Positions 60,423 to 64,000 of a stretch of 64,000 nt of DNA are shown here, piece by piece (the first letter of the stretch is position 1; each line of letters starts with the position of its first letter). The stretch is from Macrostomum hystrix (taxonomy: Eukaryota; Animalia; Platyhelminthes), in contig CATNEN010000025.1 in NCBI GenBank assembly GCA_950097015.1, positions 4,712,001-4,776,000 of the forward strand, written 5' to 3'. Under the pieces are notes generated by a model. That model searched no databases. It was not told where the DNA came from and was given only the letters and a program-made list of their open reading frames with translations. Both the position numbers and the translations under genes were made by a program.

Positions 60423-61911
60423 ATGAAGTTTACAGTCCTCTTGGTCTCTGGTGAGTGTTCGTGGTTGTTCTTCACCTGATTGAGTACCAATTGAGACCGG
60501 ATCATACATAGGATAGTAGATTCAGAGGAAAATTTCCCAAATCCGTTGTAGTATGACAAAAATCCTACTTACACAGTAGTAGATGGGGTGAGTGGCGGAG
60601 CGGTTAACGCGTTTGCCTCTCGCACCAAGGTCCCTGAGCTCGATTCCGCGGCGAGGTCACATTCATTTGGGGCGCAGTCGCGGAGAGAAGGCTTGGGGGC
60701 TTGTCGTGCAATTTATACCCTTGAGGGCCAACCTCCAAGGCACAGTGAGAGTGTACACACTGCCTGACGATGAGAAAGTCAAAGGACAGATATACACACC
60801 TGTGTGAGTGTGTGCCTGCGTACATTATCTGAGGTGTGTGCTCAGGAGTCAGCGAAATGGGCAGAATTGCCTCCTCGCTGGCTGCGGGTCTAGTGTCACT
60901 AAATGATGTGCCATTGCCCGCAGCCCTCCTGCAATTATTATTATTTTATTACACCGCGGTAGGATAAACATCCCAAATCTATTGTAGTAGGATAAACATC
61001 CCAAATCTATTGTAGTAGGATAAACATCCCAAATCTATTGTAGTAGGATAAACATCCCAAATCTATTGTAGTAGGATAAACATCCCAAATCTATTGTAGT
61101 AGGATAAACATCCCAAATCTATTGTAGTAGGATAAACATCCCAAATCTATTGTTGTAGGATAAACATCCCAAATCTATTGTTGTAGGATAAACATCCCAA
61201 ATCTATTGTAGTATATGATAAACATCCCAAATCCATTGTTGTAGGATAAACATCCCAAATCTATTGTAGTATATGATAAACATCCCAAATCTATTGTAGT
61301 AGGATAAACATCCCAAATCTATTGTTGTAGGATAAACATCCCAAATCTATTGTAGTATATGATAAACATCCCAAATCCATTGTTGTAGGATAAATGTTGT
61401 AGGATAAACATCCCAAATCTGTTGTTGTTAAATAAACATCCCAAGTAGTAGGATAAACATCCCAAATCTGTTGTTGTTAAATAAACATCCCAAGTAGTAT
61501 GATAAACATCCCAAATCTGTTGTTGTTAAATAAACATCATAAGTAGTAGGATAAACATCCCAAGCAGTAGGATAAACATCCCAAGCAGTAGGATAAACAT
61601 CCCAAGTAGTAGGATAAACATCCCAAATCTATTCTCCTTCCGCAGTTTTCTGCACTGTTATAATATTCGCTGTAGTTTCCACCCGATCATCGGGTGCAAC
61701 TGCTTCTGCCGTGTCAGAGTCTCAACAATGGCACCGGCACCAACTGAGGCTGTGGAGTCAGCGGGTTCGATTCTATCTGCGTATGCGCCGGCGGTCGGTC
61801 TGTCGCAGGTTTGACAGGCTGCAGAAGCGCGCTAGCCTAAGGCGAATAGTGAACAGCTTTTATCACCGGTGCCGGATGTACCTGTGGCTTATGATGCACC
61901 TGGTGGTTTGA
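60423..61911 (+). CDS. Orphan two-exon small secreted (signal peptide) cationic protein, 97 aa as modelled
   Basis: Exon 60423-60450 (ATG...tctg|gtgagt, phase 1) joins exon 61646-61911 (ctccttccgcag|, phase 1), giving MKFTVLLVSVFCTVIIFAVVSTRSSGATASAVSESQQWHRHQLRLWSQRVRFYLRMRRRSVCRRFDRLQKRASLRRIVNSFYHRCRMYLWLMMHLVV*; in-frame stop upstream of the ATG. Confidence 0.55.
60585..60950 (+). mobile_element. SINE family A full-length copy in the intron of the orphan gene
   Basis: ggggtgagtggcggagcggttaacgcg...gagctcgattcc head, core hairpin, (ATT)n tail. Confidence 0.9.
60960..61630. repeat. 28-bp minisatellite (aggataaacatcccaaatctattgtagt)
   Basis: About 20 units plus shortened variants, ending just before the acceptor at 61645. 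Confidence 0.95.
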
Positions 61912-62004
61912 TCAAATTCAACTTGATTTTATCATCAGTGTACAGTTGTTGCTTAGTGACAAAGTTTTACTCTGGGAAATATATATTTGCGAGTATCCTA
62001 TCAG

Positions 62005-62420
62005 CTTCTGAGGCTTCAGGCTGTGAGGCTTCAGGTTGTGAGGCTTCAGGTTGTGAGGCTTCAGGTTGTGAGGCTTCAGGTTGTGAGGCTTCAGGCTGTG
62101 AGGCTTCAGGTTGTGGGGCTTCAGGTTGTGAGGCTTCAGGTTGTGAGGCTTCAGGTTGTGAGGCTTCAGGTTGTGAGGCTTCAGGTTGTGAGGCTTCAGG
62201 TTGTGAGGCTTCAGGCTGTGAGGCTTCAGGTTGTGAGGCTTCAGGTTGTGAGGCTTCAGGTTGTGAGGCTTCAGGTTGTGAGGCTTCAGGTTGTGAGGCT
62301 TCAGGTTGTGAAGCTTCAGGCTGTGAGGCTTCAGGTTGTGAGGCTTCAGGTTGTGAGGCTTCAGGTTGTTAGGCTTCAGGTTGTGAGGCTTCAGCTCCTG
62401 AGTCTTCAGGTTGTGAGGTT
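62005..62420. repeat. 15-bp minisatellite (gaggcttcaggttgt)
   Basis: About 27 units. Confidence 0.96.
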
Positions 62421-62869
62421 TTAAATTGCAAGAAGTTCATTTGTCATTTTGTCTTTGTCTAGAGGAATTGCATGGCAATTCCTAGAATATTATTAAACGT
62501 ATCACACTACTAATAATAGCAAGCACGATTAGTATTGCAAAGTCTTGAGAATATTTACAGCACACTTGCGAAAATTGAATTTTTGAGAAGAGACGGAACT
62601 CACTCTGTGGCTTCCTCTTGTCAATAGTACTTTTCTTCATATAAAAGCAAAAGATCAGCTTCTGTTGCTCCCAATTTAGTTTGGTTGCGGCAAAACTTTC
62701 AAAAAAACTAATAAGAAAAGGCAAGACAGAATGCATAATTCGCACAGAAAGTACATCTGCCGCAAATACCAACCAATAATGTTGCGATGTACGAATACAT
62801 TTCTTAAAGTATAGGCCTGTGCGCGAGCTTCTATAAATTTTACTGAGTGGAATCAGGGTGAATTAGTGA

Positions 62870-63012
62870 GTGAGAGAGAGTGAGAGTGAGATTGAGAGTG
62901 AGAGTGAGAGTGAGATTGAGAGTGAGAGTGAGAGTGAGATTGAGATTGAGAGTGAGAGTGAGATTGAGAGTGAGAGTGAGAGTGAGATTGAGAGTGAGAG
63001 TGAGAGTGAGAT

Positions 63013-63059
<47 letters not shown>

Positions 63060-63742
63060 TTGAGAGTGAGAGTGAGAGTGAGATTGAGATTGAGAGTGAG
63101 AGTGAGATTGAGAGTGAGAGTGAGAGTGAGAGTGAGATTGAGAGTGAGAGTGAGAGTGAGATTGAGAGTGAGATTGAGAGTGTGAGTGAGATTGAGAATG
63201 AGTGAGATTGAGAATGTGAGTGAGATTGAGAATGTGAGTGAGATTGAGAGTGAGATTGCGAGTGTGAGTGAGATTGAGAATGTGAGTGAGATTGAGAATG
63301 TGAGTGAGATTGAGAGTGAGATTGAGAATGTGAGTGAGAGTGAGATTGCGAGTGAGATTGAGAGTGTGATTGAGAGTGTGAGTGAGATTGAGAATGTGAG
63401 TGAGATTGAGAGTGAGATTGCGAGTGTGAGTGAGATTGAGAATGTGAGTGAGATTGAGAATGTGAGTGAGATTGAGAGTGTGATTGAGAGTGTGAGTGAG
63501 ATTGAGAGTGTGAGTGAGATTTAGAATGTGAGTGAGATTGAGAATGTGAGTGAGATTTAGAATGTGAGTGAGATTGAGAGTGAGATTTAGAGTGAAATTG
63601 AGAGCGAGAGTGTAAATGAGTGAGAGAGTGAGAGTGAGAGTGAGATTGAGAGTGAGAGTGAGAGTGAGATTGAGAGTGAGAGTGAGAGTGAGATTGAGAG
63701 TGAGAGTGAGAGTGAGATTGAGAGTGAGAGTGAGAGTGAGAT

Positions 63743-63774
<32 letters not shown>

Positions 63775-63865
63775 TGAATGAGTGAGAGTGAGAGTGAGAG
63801 TGAGCGTGAGAGTGTGAATGATTGTGAGTGAGAGTGAGATTAAGAGTGAGAGTGAGAGTGAGTGG
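62870..63865. repeat. Hexamer satellite (GAGAGT/GAGATT/GAATGT)n
   Basis: About 1 kb of 6-bp variants, split by a 6+6 variant block. Confidence 0.96.
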
Positions 63866-64000
63866 GCATGAGTGTACCAGATTCCCTGAGACAGGAAGCG
63901 AGAGTGCATGCAAGCCAAAGTGATTGAAAGTACTCGCCAACTGCACAGATTTGGCTGCGAGGCCGCAGCATTAGGATGCAATGGACTGCATCGAACCAAT

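Noticed and set aside
60764-60800. Hammerhead-like CUGACGA...GAAA core in SINE A
   Set aside because: Only 3 nt separate the two boxes (no stem II), there is no UH cleavage site after a stem III, and CTGAC pairs with downstream GTCAG in a simple hairpin

Overview
Eukaryotic (metazoan) genomic DNA, most likely a free-living flatworm such as Macrostomum. This is an inference from a tandem alpha-crystallin p40-type sHSP, GC-rich exons and introns swollen by private minisatellites. Genes reconstructed by hand from splice sites and reading phase: last exon of mitochondrial ribosomal protein S15 (+), a 13-exon NMDA receptor GluN2-type subunit (+, 18138-27651), an intronless two-domain small heat-shock protein (-), tRNA-Gln(TTG) (-), SMIM15 (-), a 16-exon anoctamin/TMEM16 (-, 35376-57873) and an orphan two-exon signal-peptide gene (+, 60423-61911). 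Mobile DNA: a 5'-truncated RNase H-bearing LINE with target-site duplication (TSD), a dead Crypton-type tyrosine recombinase whose catalytic core is amplified into a 46-bp array, a recent internally deleted LTR element (tRNA-Glu PBS, PPT, 5-bp TSD), two tRNA-derived SINE families and a hAT MITE nested in a SINE. About 30 tandem arrays account for nearly all long ORFs in the supplied track, which are translation artefacts. There is no CRISPR or prokaryotic system. All calls come from reading the sequence and recalled family motifs; no searches were run.
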